Shown here piece by piece: positions 27,093 through 35,056 of a stretch of 64,000 bases of DNA (its first letter is position 1; each line of letters starts with the position of its first letter). Source of the stretch: Candidatus Roizmanbacteria bacterium (lineage in GTDB: Bacteria; Patescibacteriota; Microgenomatia; UBA1406); NCBI GenBank assembly GCA_024654535.1, contig JANLHL010000016.1:32626-96625 (forward strand), in the 5' to 3' direction. The notes beneath the pieces were generated by a model. That model made no database searches. It worked only from the letters and a program-made list of their open reading frames with translations, and had not been told where the DNA came from. Both the position numbers and the translations under genes were made by a program.

Positions 27093-27106
27093 AGTTGGGG
27101 AAAAAT

Positions 27107-27676
27107 ATGAATATTGAACAAAAAGATATACAGTATGTAGTGGTCGATCAAACGCATTTTGGGCTCCTTGCCCAAGCAAGTGCACTTATTGGTTCGTATG
27201 CAGAAAAGGGTCTTATGCTCGAACAGACTGAAGAAGCTTTAGCGAGGATGTCGCAAGAAGGGTCACTTGTGGTTGCACTTTTATCTGAAAACGGCAATCG
27301 GCATGTTGTGGGAAGTATTGCTATAACGACACAGTGGCCAGACGGAAAGCGAGAGCTGGGTGCGTGGGCAGTGCATGAAGAATTACGACGCCATGGTATT
27401 GGTATACAGCTTCTAGAGGCACTCGCAGTGCATCTTAGTGGTACGCGAGAAGGGTTACAACAAGTGATAGCATTTGCCAATAATAACTCTGGGCCAATAT
27501 TTGAAAGTCTTGGAGCTACTCCACTACCACATGCTAAAATGCATCCAGATGCATTTGTTCCGTGTCAATCGTGTCATTGCGATAAAGTGTGCCTCGCTCC
27601 TGGCCAAATGTGTGTCGATACTATATTTAATCTATCGCCAGTCATGCAGGAGCTTTCAGAAGGGTATAATAAATGA
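27107..27676 (+). CDS. GNAT N-acetyltransferase, ArgA/short-NAGS-like, with a Cys-rich C-terminal tail
   Basis: 189 aa from ATG 27107; pattern LMLEQTEEALARM...VGSIAI...AVHEELRRHGIGIQLLEAL resembles amino-acid N-acetyltransferase GNAT domains; tail CQSCHCDKVC...C. Confidence 0.65.
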   Translation: MNIEQKDIQYVVVDQTHFGLLAQASALIGSYAEKGLMLEQTEEALARMSQEGSLVVALLSENGNRHVVGSIAITTQWPDGKRELGAWAVHEELRRHGIGIQLLEALAVHLSGTREGLQQVIAFANNNSGPIFESLGATPLPHAKMHPDAFVPCQSCHCDKVCLAPGQMCVDTIFNLSPVMQELSEGYNK

Positions 27677-27695
27677 TTACAAGTTAGATAAACAT

Positions 27696-28796
27696 ATGAA
27701 TTACATTGAAAAACTAATAGCCATACAGTCTGTGTCGGGTAGTGAACAAAAGATCCAGGAATATATAGTCAATGAATTAAAAAAGTTTGGTATAGTACCG
27801 CAGAAAATAGGCGAAAATGTTGTTGCTAAAATAACGGGGAAGAACAATAAAAAAGCACTTCTTTTTAATGCTCACGTAGACACAGTACCGGAGGGAAATA
27901 GGAAACTATGGAAAGCCGACCCATTTGTACCAACGGTACGAGGTGACAAAGTCTATGGTCTTGGTGCCAGCGATGAAAAGGGAGGTGTTGCAAGTCTTCT
28001 TTTACTCGCGAAGACGCTGGTCACTTCAATACCAGCGTGTGATGTATGGTTTCATTTTGTTGTGTACGAAGAGTTAGACGGCTCAGGAACGAGAGAAACT
28101 ATGCGGTGGTTTATGAAACAGTACGGGAATGCATATGCGAGTATGGCTGGCATATTAGTTGAGCCAACTGGGCTTGAAGAGATTCAAATAGGCCACAAGG
28201 GAAACATTTTTTTGAAACTGACGTCATATGGTGATAGCGGACATGGTTCACGACCTGAATTGGTTAAGAATCATGCAGTATTTGTCATGTATGAAGCATT
28301 TAAAAAGTTAAAAAAACTTGAAAAAAAGTGGAGCGTTTATAAAGACAATATACTTGGTAGTCCAAGTATTGCTTTGGCAACAAGCATGCATGCGGGCGAT
28401 GAACACGCACCGAATAAATTTCCCGATACGTGCAGCTCTACCGTAGATATCCGTACTACTCCTGCCATGCATGATATAGCTTTACAGCAAGTAAATAAGG
28501 CACTACGTGGTTTGGGTGTTTCAGTAGATACGATGTACGCTCCAGCCTCATATGGGAGAACTTTCGAAACAGATCCACTGGTCAAAGTGTCACGGACCGT
28601 ATTTTCAAACGCTGCAATTACTGTATCAGCCGGATCAACAGATCAGTGTTTTTTTACAGATGTGGGTATAGCGGCAATCATTATAGGACCAGGTGAGAAA
28701 GAATGTATGCATATACCAAACGAATATTGTATTTTGGAAAAGATCCAGCAAGCTTCCGGTGGGTATTATCAGATAGTACAAGCGTGGGGAAAATAG
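27696..28796 (+). CDS. M20 family metallopeptidase/deacylase (ArgE/DapE-like)
   Basis: 366 aa from ATG 27696 (the ORF-track 5' extension overlaps the GNAT gene); metal-ligand motifs AHVDTVP, GASDEKGG, YEELDGSG. Confidence 0.8.
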   Translation: MNYIEKLIAIQSVSGSEQKIQEYIVNELKKFGIVPQKIGENVVAKITGKNNKKALLFNAHVDTVPEGNRKLWKADPFVPTVRGDKVYGLGASDEKGGVASLLLLAKTLVTSIPACDVWFHFVVYEELDGSGTRETMRWFMKQYGNAYASMAGILVEPTGLEEIQIGHKGNIFLKLTSYGDSGHGSRPELVKNHAVFVMYEAFKKLKKLEKKWSVYKDNILGSPSIALATSMHAGDEHAPNKFPDTCSSTVDIRTTPAMHDIALQQVNKALRGLGVSVDTMYAPASYGRTFETDPLVKVSRTVFSNAAITVSAGSTDQCFFTDVGIAAIIIGPGEKECMHIPNEYCILEKIQQASGGYYQIVQAWGK

Positions 28797-28838
28797 AGCA
28801 CTGGTCTTAGTGATATTTCTTAGTATACTGTACGATAT

Positions 28839-29657
28839 ATGCTTGCGACATTTATCATAGGATTTCGTGAATTTCTAGAGGCATTTCTGATAGCGGGAGT
28901 GTTTTTGGGTATGTCTAGAAAACTGAAGCTCAAAAAAGAATTTGAGATTGGTCTTGCTGTAGCGGTTGGTATTTGTATATCGCTTACGCTGGTTGTTGCT
29001 ATGTTTTTCTTTAGCGAACAAGCTCGTTCTGTATTTAGTCAAAGGAATACAGAGCTTCTAGAAAGCTACCTCATGATTTTTTCGGGATTCTTTATAGCTT
29101 ATGTCATTTTTTCGCTTCATTCACTATTTCACAAACACAACGGTGGCACTATATTGCAGGCACACAAAAAACTCCAGGCGCAGGCTTTTGATATGACGCT
29201 GTTTACGACCATTGTTTTTTTGATTCTGCGAGAAGGTGTTGAAATAGCACTTTTTACAGCGAGTACTTCGCTATTTTCTCAATTTTCACAAAACGTACTC
29301 GGACTGTGTATTGCTTTTATATCAGCGGCGCTTGTGGGGATGGGCACATTTGCTGCCTATATAAAAATACCAATCGGCAAAATATTTAGAGTAACTGAGT
29401 ATATGATAGTGCTTTTGGGAGCTTCTATGGTGCAAAATGGCATCACAGAATTACTTGAGCACCAGTGGGGAATAAATATAGAAAATATATTTTCATTTGG
29501 GTGGCATTTTTTACCAGGTAAAGAAACAATTGCAGGCCACTTTTTACAAAGCTTTCTTGGTATTGATAGTGCTATGAGTTTACCGAGACTTGTAATAATG
29601 GTTACATATATAGGTGTCGTGTATGTACTGTTTTTACGAAAAAAGCTGACTAGTTAG
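28839..29657 (+). CDS. FTR1/EfeU-family high-affinity iron permease
   Basis: 272 aa, about 7 TM; two REXXE motifs (REFLE, REGVE). Confidence 0.75.
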   Translation: MLATFIIGFREFLEAFLIAGVFLGMSRKLKLKKEFEIGLAVAVGICISLTLVVAMFFFSEQARSVFSQRNTELLESYLMIFSGFFIAYVIFSLHSLFHKHNGGTILQAHKKLQAQAFDMTLFTTIVFLILREGVEIALFTASTSLFSQFSQNVLGLCIAFISAALVGMGTFAAYIKIPIGKIFRVTEYMIVLLGASMVQNGITELLEHQWGINIENIFSFGWHFLPGKETIAGHFLQSFLGIDSAMSLPRLVIMVTYIGVVYVLFLRKKLTS

Positions 29658-29675
29658 AAAATTTACATATTTTTT

Positions 29676-29963
29676 ATGACAACAGATTCAATATTTCGGG
29701 CAAGTAAGAAAATCACAAAGGATGGTTTTGGATCGTGCGTGGTTTATTACATGAAGCCAAATACCGTAGAACAAAAACATTTTCATGATTGCACAGAGGT
29801 ACTCTATATAGTGAAAGGTAGTTGCAAAACCCATACACAAGGTAATGTATACCTATATAAGAAAGGTCAAGTGCATCAAGTAATAAATGACTCGAACGAA
29901 GAGCTTGTATTTGTGTGTCTGACAATCCCGCCAGAGACCGAAAAAAACACGCACTATGTTTAG
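29676..29963 (+). CDS. Cupin domain protein
   Basis: 95 aa; single cupin barrel pattern (HFHDCTEVLYIVKG...G..H.V.N). Confidence 0.6.
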   Translation: MTTDSIFRASKKITKDGFGSCVVYYMKPNTVEQKHFHDCTEVLYIVKGSCKTHTQGNVYLYKKGQVHQVINDSNEELVFVCLTIPPETEKNTHYV

Positions 29964-29990
29964 AATTATCTGTAGGTGAATGAACGTCTA

Positions 29991-30566
29991 TTACAGTGAC
30001 TTAGCTTGGGATTGTGGTCTTATAACGAGCAGTACAATAATCAAGTTTATTAGCATAATGTAGACTGGATATGCATATTGATCTACCACCCAGACTTTTA
30101 TTGCCATAAGGCTAAAGAGAGCAGCAAAGATGCCGAGCATATAGTATGTCCAGACTTCGGTGTGAGGTAGTCGATACGTTTTCAATATCGTTGGGATTAC
30201 GCCAGTAAAATCTGCACCAATTGCGAAATATAAAGCGATGCGTGGATTGTCGGTAATTTTCCACAATAGAATACCTAGTAGCGCCAAAAGTAAGCATAGT
30301 ACGTCGGTTTTTCCCCACCCTCCCATGCCATACTTTATACTGAGTATAAAAATAGCTATAGATTGGAGTGTCAATACGGCAGCAAGGTATATGGCAACAG
30401 TATTGTGCTGAGCAAACAAAGAAGCGGTGGTGAGACTTGTAATTATCAGCAGCACTAGCCGTGTGGTTCGGTGTGGTTTTGCTTTTCCTTTAAAAATAGC
30501 TATCGAATATACAATTGGGGATATAAGAGCGATAGTGCTACTTATCAAGATAAATATATGCTGCAT
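29991..30566 (-). CDS. Hypothetical integral membrane protein (about 6 TM)
   Basis: ORF 29991-30623; ATG at 30566 (MQHIFILISS) preferred; uniformly hydrophobic. Confidence 0.5.
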   Translation of the reverse strand: MQHIFILISSTIALISPIVYSIAIFKGKAKPHRTTRLVLLIITSLTTASLFAQHNTVAIYLAAVLTLQSIAIFILSIKYGMGGWGKTDVLCLLLALLGILLWKITDNPRIALYFAIGADFTGVIPTILKTYRLPHTEVWTYYMLGIFAALFSLMAIKVWVVDQYAYPVYIMLINLIIVLLVIRPQSQAKSL

Positions 30567-30686
30567 ACTCTTTAGTATACACTGAGGTAGTGTAACTATA
30601 TAAGAGCGTATGCAGCTACACACATTCCGGTTACTATAGTAAGCCTATAGTATTGATATTGCTGTTCAATTTCTATATACTATAGT

Positions 30687-31967
30687 ATGGCAATACTATC
30701 TGAAAATGGACAGTCGATTATGAATAGGAGAGTAGCTTGTCAACTTCCATTCTATTTAGCAGGGCTTGCTATTGGTGGATTTTGGAAAGATGATACTGCT
30801 GAAGCAGCTGGATTGGCACCTGTGCAGCAAGCTGATATCTCGTTCCCAGAGCCAAATCCAGAGGCGTACTTGTATGAACCGTATCGCGTATTTCTTCCCG
30901 GATTTTCGGGCGGTGGTAGATCTTTAACCGCTATTCGTAGCCACCTGCATACTGAGTTTGGTAACAATGTTTTTGTTCCTTCATCGATATCAACCAATGT
31001 TTCAGTAAAAGCTGGTGAAGTAGATCTTACTGATCACTCTAGGGTATTAGGGCATACTATTGCGACAGGCGCGCATAACACGAATATACACATTGTTGCA
31101 CATTCATTGGGAAGCGTAGAAAATGCATTGATACTTGATGCCTTATTAGACGACCCTGATTGGAGTGGTAAAGAGATTAAACTGACGTTTATGGCAGGGC
31201 TAGGTTTTGCAGAAAATGGCATGTCTGGAATATCTCAAACAGCGTACAGAGTGTTTGAGATGGTAAACAATGTTACTGCAGTTGAACAACATATGGCGTA
31301 TCCACTACCTGAAGCATATTATAGTGTTAATCCACCCGAAGATCCTGAAGATTCAGAAATTGAAACTATATTTACTGATTCACCTGAACAAAGATTCCAA
31401 AGAAGAGCGTGGTTTGAAAAACAGCTAGAAATTATGGAACCAGATATGAAAGACGATATTCTCACCAATCTAGCGAATATTGACGGTATGATTGCAATGG
31501 CAATTACTGAAAATAACGATGAAGAACTAAACGACGCTTTGTCACAGAGAGAAAAGATACTCAAGTCACTTATCCAGCTTTTTTTCGACGAAAAGAATAT
31601 TTCTGAGGAGTTGCACGGAAAGTATAGAGATTTGTATGGCGAGACCAAGGATAACCTTGCAACAACAATACAGTACTACACTGCTGCATTAGCTTTTTTT
31701 GCTAGAACCGCATCCATCGTGAATGAAGGTATGTATACGAAACTCAGGGAGCTTATAGAAAAAGCAGAGGCAAGGGGAGTAGATATTAAAATAGATTTTG
31801 CACTTTTGGAAAGGGATTTTATCGTGCAAGAAAGTGATATTTTAATGATAAGAGAGGGTTTTGAAGAGGCTGGAATTTCAGATAATCTTGGTCAATTTTC
31901 ATTCTTACAACAGTATGCTCATGCATCAATTGCGTACATGCCAGACGTATTGGGTAAAATTTTTTAA
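30687..31967 (+). CDS. Alpha/beta-hydrolase (lipase/esterase-like) with a helical C-terminal domain
   Basis: 426 aa; N-terminal hydrophobic segment; nucleophile elbow HIVAHSLGS (GxSxG); acidic helical C-terminal half of unknown function. Confidence 0.55.
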   Translation: MAILSENGQSIMNRRVACQLPFYLAGLAIGGFWKDDTAEAAGLAPVQQADISFPEPNPEAYLYEPYRVFLPGFSGGGRSLTAIRSHLHTEFGNNVFVPSSISTNVSVKAGEVDLTDHSRVLGHTIATGAHNTNIHIVAHSLGSVENALILDALLDDPDWSGKEIKLTFMAGLGFAENGMSGISQTAYRVFEMVNNVTAVEQHMAYPLPEAYYSVNPPEDPEDSEIETIFTDSPEQRFQRRAWFEKQLEIMEPDMKDDILTNLANIDGMIAMAITENNDEELNDALSQREKILKSLIQLFFDEKNISEELHGKYRDLYGETKDNLATTIQYYTAALAFFARTASIVNEGMYTKLRELIEKAEARGVDIKIDFALLERDFIVQESDILMIREGFEEAGISDNLGQFSFLQQYAHASIAYMPDVLGKIF

Positions 31968-31998
31968 GGCTAAACTAGCCTAGTGTTATAATAATTTT

Positions 31999-32832
31999 AT
32001 GGAAGCTAATGACGTTAGTGTAAATCTACAGATAAAAAAGTGTATAAACTTACTTAAAATTATCTTAAAGGATGATTTGCTCGGTTTTTATTTGTATGGT
32101 TCTTTACTTTTCGGCGGACTTCAAAAATATAGCGATATAGATTTATTTGCTATTTCAAAGAGAGAAGCTACCAGGAGTGAAAAAGCACAATTAGAAAAAA
32201 CTTTACTGAATATTTCAGGAATTTACGCAGTAAGTAAAGACCAGAAACCAATCGAACTTACGGTTGTTGTTCGATCTGATATTTACCCTTGGCAATATCC
32301 GCCTAAATTTGATTTTCTCTATGGAGATTGGCTTCGTGGTGAATTTGAAGCTGGAAATATAGAACCTTGGCACTCTAAAGTTTTGCCTAATCTTGCTTTA
32401 GTAATAACCCAGCTTTTGCTTTCAAACAGAGTATTATTTGGCCCAAGTCCAAATCAACTTCTTGCGGCTGTTCCATACAAAGATTTTTTTATTGCAACTA
32501 CCTCAGAAATTGATAGCTTGATGGCAGATCTTAACAACGATACTCGCAATGTCTTATTAACACTTGCAAGGATATGGTATACAGTTGAAACAGATACAAT
32601 AGCTTCTAAGTCTACAGCTGCAGCGTGGGCAATTGATAAATTAACTGATAAATACAAGCCTCTGATGCAGAGAGCTCGAGCTATTTATTTAGGAATAGAA
32701 CAAGAGCACTGGGGCGATATGTCAACGCAGCTGCAACCGTGTGCAGATTATATTGTGAAGAAAATCAGAGAACAAACGTCGCACTTAAATACTTATGATT
32801 ATCAAAACAGAACTATCTCGTTGGCCAAATAA
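31999..32832 (+). CDS. aadA: Aminoglycoside nucleotidyltransferase, ANT(3'')/AadA family
   Basis: 277 aa; NTase motif YLYGSLLFGGLQKYSDIDLF; C-terminal NVLLTLARIWYTVETDTIASKSTAAAWA...ARAIYLG closely parallels AadA (NVVLTLSRIWYSAVTGKIAPKDVAADWA). Confidence 0.8.
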   Translation: MEANDVSVNLQIKKCINLLKIILKDDLLGFYLYGSLLFGGLQKYSDIDLFAISKREATRSEKAQLEKTLLNISGIYAVSKDQKPIELTVVVRSDIYPWQYPPKFDFLYGDWLRGEFEAGNIEPWHSKVLPNLALVITQLLLSNRVLFGPSPNQLLAAVPYKDFFIATTSEIDSLMADLNNDTRNVLLTLARIWYTVETDTIASKSTAAAWAIDKLTDKYKPLMQRARAIYLGIEQEHWGDMSTQLQPCADYIVKKIREQTSHLNTYDYQNRTISLAK

Positions 32833-32952
32833 AAATGTAAATGCTTTGGGGGTGGGTTAGCGAACGATGTTCGGACCTATTACAGCAATTTATCGCTAAA
32901 AGAAATTGAGTTTTATAGAAAAGCCTATTTAACTATTTGATATGCTTAGAGC

Positions 32953-33774
32953 ATGAAGAAATTAACAGATTATCCAGAATTAGACAAAGTATTTTATGAA
33001 TTGGCTTATGCCTATAAAATGGCACTCGGTGAAAATTTTGTAGGACTCTATATACAAGGTTCACTTGCAGTTGGAGATTTTGATATGACAAGCGATGTAG
33101 ATTTTACCGTGATAATAAATCACGATTTAACAGAAGAAGAAGTAAGAAAAGTTCAGGAAGTGCATACCAAATTTATAAATAGGGATATCAGATGGGTAAA
33201 GCATCTAGAATATTCATTCTTTCCATTACCAAAATTTAAGATACATTCTTCCCGCTTTGAAAATGGCAAAGAAAATAACACAGAGGAACGAAAGCTTTGG
33301 TACTTTGATAATGGGCATAAAGAAATTGAAAGAAATGATCATGATAATACTTTAGTAGTTCGCTGGGAAGTTAGAGAAAAGGGAATTACTGTTCTAGGTC
33401 CTGATCCTAAAACTTTAATAGACCCAGTAACACCAGACGATTTGCGAAAAGAGATAAAAGAATTTCATGAAGTATGGACTCCTGGTTTCTTGGCTAATCC
33501 TGATGAATGGGAGAACAGATTTTACCAAGTCTTCTTCGTTTTGCATTTTTGTAGAGCTTTACAAGATTTAGAAGAGGGAAAAATCACTTCAAAAAAGGAA
33601 GCCATGGAATGGGGTAAGAAAAACCTTGATTCCAAATGGCATGATCTTATAGATTATTCATGGAACGAACGAAAAGATGAAAATATCTCTAACAAACAGC
33701 CAGCAAATCATGAAAGATGGTTAGAAACACTCGAATTTGTAAAATATGCTTTAGAAAAAATAAAAGAACAATAG
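32953..33774 (+). CDS. Second nucleotidyltransferase-domain protein (ANT-like, NTase plus helical C-domain)
   Basis: 273 aa; NTase motif IQGSLAVGDFDMTSDVDFTVI; helical C-terminal domain; substrate unknown. Confidence 0.6.
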   Translation: MKKLTDYPELDKVFYELAYAYKMALGENFVGLYIQGSLAVGDFDMTSDVDFTVIINHDLTEEEVRKVQEVHTKFINRDIRWVKHLEYSFFPLPKFKIHSSRFENGKENNTEERKLWYFDNGHKEIERNDHDNTLVVRWEVREKGITVLGPDPKTLIDPVTPDDLRKEIKEFHEVWTPGFLANPDEWENRFYQVFFVLHFCRALQDLEEGKITSKKEAMEWGKKNLDSKWHDLIDYSWNERKDENISNKQPANHERWLETLEFVKYALEKIKEQ

Positions 33775-33834
33775 TATAGCTCAAAAAGGTTCGAACTTAA
33801 CATTCTGGGTGGCAAAAATCGAGGCGAAATTTCT

Positions 33835-33912
33835 TGGGGTGGCTGACCGGACTTGAACCGGCAACCTCCTGCTTCACAGGCAGGCGCTCTAACCAATTGA
33901 GCTACAGCCACC
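33835..33912 (-). tRNA. tRNA-His (anticodon GTG) with encoded G-1 and encoded CCA
   Basis: Minus strand G-GTGGCTG-TA-GCTC...; anticodon loop CT-GTG-AA; T-loop GGTTCAAGTCC; C73 opposite the extra 5' G; CCA present. Confidence 0.9.
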
Positions 33913-33916
33913 AATA
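33888..33916. repeat. Direct repeat R1 (29 nt), copy 1, within tRNA-His
   Basis: TCTAACCAATTGAGCTACAGCCACCAATA identical to 34191-34219. Confidence 0.9.
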
Positions 33917-34158
33917 GAATCTGCAATCTGTTTTCTTATTAACTCTCTGCCCTTTCCTGACTTTAAAAACTTCTCTCTTTTTCTAGCGTCTTTCTCACTT
34001 AAATATGCCTCATAGTATATCAATTTTAAAGGCAATCTGCTTTTAGTTGATTCATTTAAGCCGTTGTTATGAGCTTCAATTCTTCTTTTCAGATTTTTAC
34101 TAAAACCAGTATATTGTTTGTTATCCCTTTGTGACAATAATATGTAAACGTAAAACAT
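33889..34158 (-). CDS. Stand-alone GIY-YIG nuclease (YhbQ/UPF0213-like)
   Basis: 89 aa from ATG 34158 (MFYVYILLS...YTGFS...RRIEAHN); the last 8 codons plus the TAG stop are encoded by the 5' half of tRNA-His. Confidence 0.75.
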   Translation of the reverse strand: MFYVYILLSQRDNKQYTGFSKNLKRRIEAHNNGLNESTKSRLPLKLIYYEAYLSEKDARKREKFLKSGKGRELIRKQIADSIGGCSSIG

Positions 34159-34161
34159 TGT

Positions 34162-34215
34162 CTCCTGCTTCACAGCCCGCCTCAGGCGGGTCTAACCAAT
34201 TGAGCTACAGCCACC
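34162..34215 (-). pseudogene. Degenerate duplicate of the tRNA-His 5' half (G-1 to anticodon arm) with a GC hairpin replacing 8 nt
   Basis: 29-nt and 14-nt blocks identical to the intact gene; GCGCCTGC replaced by CCCGCCTGAGGCGGG; no T-arm or 3' acceptor. Confidence 0.65.
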
Positions 34216-34219
34216 AATA
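34191..34219. repeat. Direct repeat R1 (29 nt), copy 2
   Basis: Identical to 33888-33916; a second 14-nt block CTCCTGCTTCACAG repeats at 33866-33879 and 34162-34175. Confidence 0.9.
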
Positions 34220-34288
34220 ACAGTATATTTTACCATGAACCTTTTCGTTACGCTTGTTCGGAAATGTGTCTGCTATAATATCTGTAGT

Positions 34289-34362
34289 GCTCCTATAGCT
34301 CAGGTGGATAGAGCGACCGCCTTCTAAGCGGTAGGTCAGAGGTTCGAGTCCTCTTGGGAGCA
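34289..34362 (+). tRNA. tRNA-Arg (anticodon TCT)
   Basis: Acceptor GCTCCTA/TGGGAGC, anticodon loop CT-TCT-AA, T-loop GGTTCGAGTCC; TGCTATAAT at 34271-34279. Confidence 0.9.
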
Positions 34363-34363
34363 C

Positions 34364-35056
34364 CTATCTCATTTGTATGTCGAATTCGGTATCTGGCGGC
34401 TGAATTGAAACAAGTGCGTTTGTTACCTCATCTATAGCAGGGTAAAACCCATGACCGTATATATCACCACTCTTAGGACCAAATATATGAGAATAAGTAT
34501 CTTCTTTACTCGGTATAAAGATAGCCCATGACGCCTGGTCACGTAATTCATCATTTTTTCCAAGTACCATGGATGCGGTATTAAATAATCTACCAAATGG
34601 ATAATTTGCTAAAAGAAAATAGTCACTTGATCTGGCATAAACATAACCGATTCTTCCATCTCCATGTGTATTACTTCTAGCTCTCGCACCATTTTGTTCA
34701 AGTACTCCTATACCATACACGGTTGGAATAGTTTTAACTTTATACATAGAACTTACTGGGTTTTCTGGGAATGATATACTATCGCCATCAGCATATCCAA
34801 GATTTTCTGCTATATCCATTCCAATTCCTAGTGCTAACGCCGCTTTTGCTGCTGCATCAATATACGCATACATATGAGGGAAATTTAATTTCTTAATTTG
34901 CCTATATGCATCTGCAACTAATGTTGGTTTATCATGGGTAAATAGTAAATCAGGACTAAATGCTATGTTACTCTCACCCGATGGCACTCCAGAAGGATCT
35001 GGTCCATTCATGTATCTTGATCGTAGATAATTTTCAACATCATCAATTATAGTCAT
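34364..35056 (-). CDS. Hypothetical protein
   Basis: 230-aa ORF between tRNA-Arg and tRNA-Lys; no motif recognised. Confidence 0.45.
   Translation of the reverse strand: MTIIDDVENYLRSRYMNGPDPSGVPSGESNIAFSPDLLFTHDKPTLVADAYRQIKKLNFPHMYAYIDAAAKAALALGIGMDIAENLGYADGDSISFPENPVSSMYKVKTIPTVYGIGVLEQNGARARSNTHGDGRIGYVYARSSDYFLLANYPFGRLFNTASMVLGKNDELRDQASWAIFIPSKEDTYSHIFGPKSGDIYGHGFYPAIDEVTNALVSIQPPDTEFDIQMR

Noticed and set aside
27474-27695. 5' extensions of ORF-track models that overlap the upstream gene: 27474 for the M20 peptidase, 3101 for pgeF, 48893, 49814, 50236, 50751 and 51229 for pilins, and 8310, 13947 and 23710 for clpB, tig and murD.
   Set aside because: The extensions encode implausible sequence in another gene's frame. 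Internal ATG or GTG starts give canonical N-termini, such as prepilin K-G-F-T-L-I-E motifs.
32858-32899. Inverted repeat TTAGCGA...TCGCTAA with an inner CGAAC-GAT-GTTCG hairpin between the two NTase genes, as a possible attC-like or regulatory element.
   Set aside because: The stems are short (7 bp and 5 bp), there is no U-tract, and there are no integron core-site features. It most likely has no significance or is a weak terminator.
33775-33796. tRNA-like fragment TATAGCTCA-AAAA-GGTTCGAAC (D-arm-like plus T-loop-like) just after the second NTase gene.
   Set aside because: It is only about 22 nt, has no acceptor or anticodon elements, and could arise by chance in AT-rich sequence. It might be an old attachment-site scar, but that cannot be supported.
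33835-34219. Possibility that the tRNA-His locus is a tRNA gene interrupted by an ORF-containing group I intron, or a split tRNA.
   Set aside because: The downstream copy is a complete, colinear tRNA-His with all arms. The upstream copy lacks a T-arm and 3' acceptor and has a disrupted D/anticodon junction. I see no group I core (P3-P7-like) pairings. Duplication with insertion is the simpler reading.
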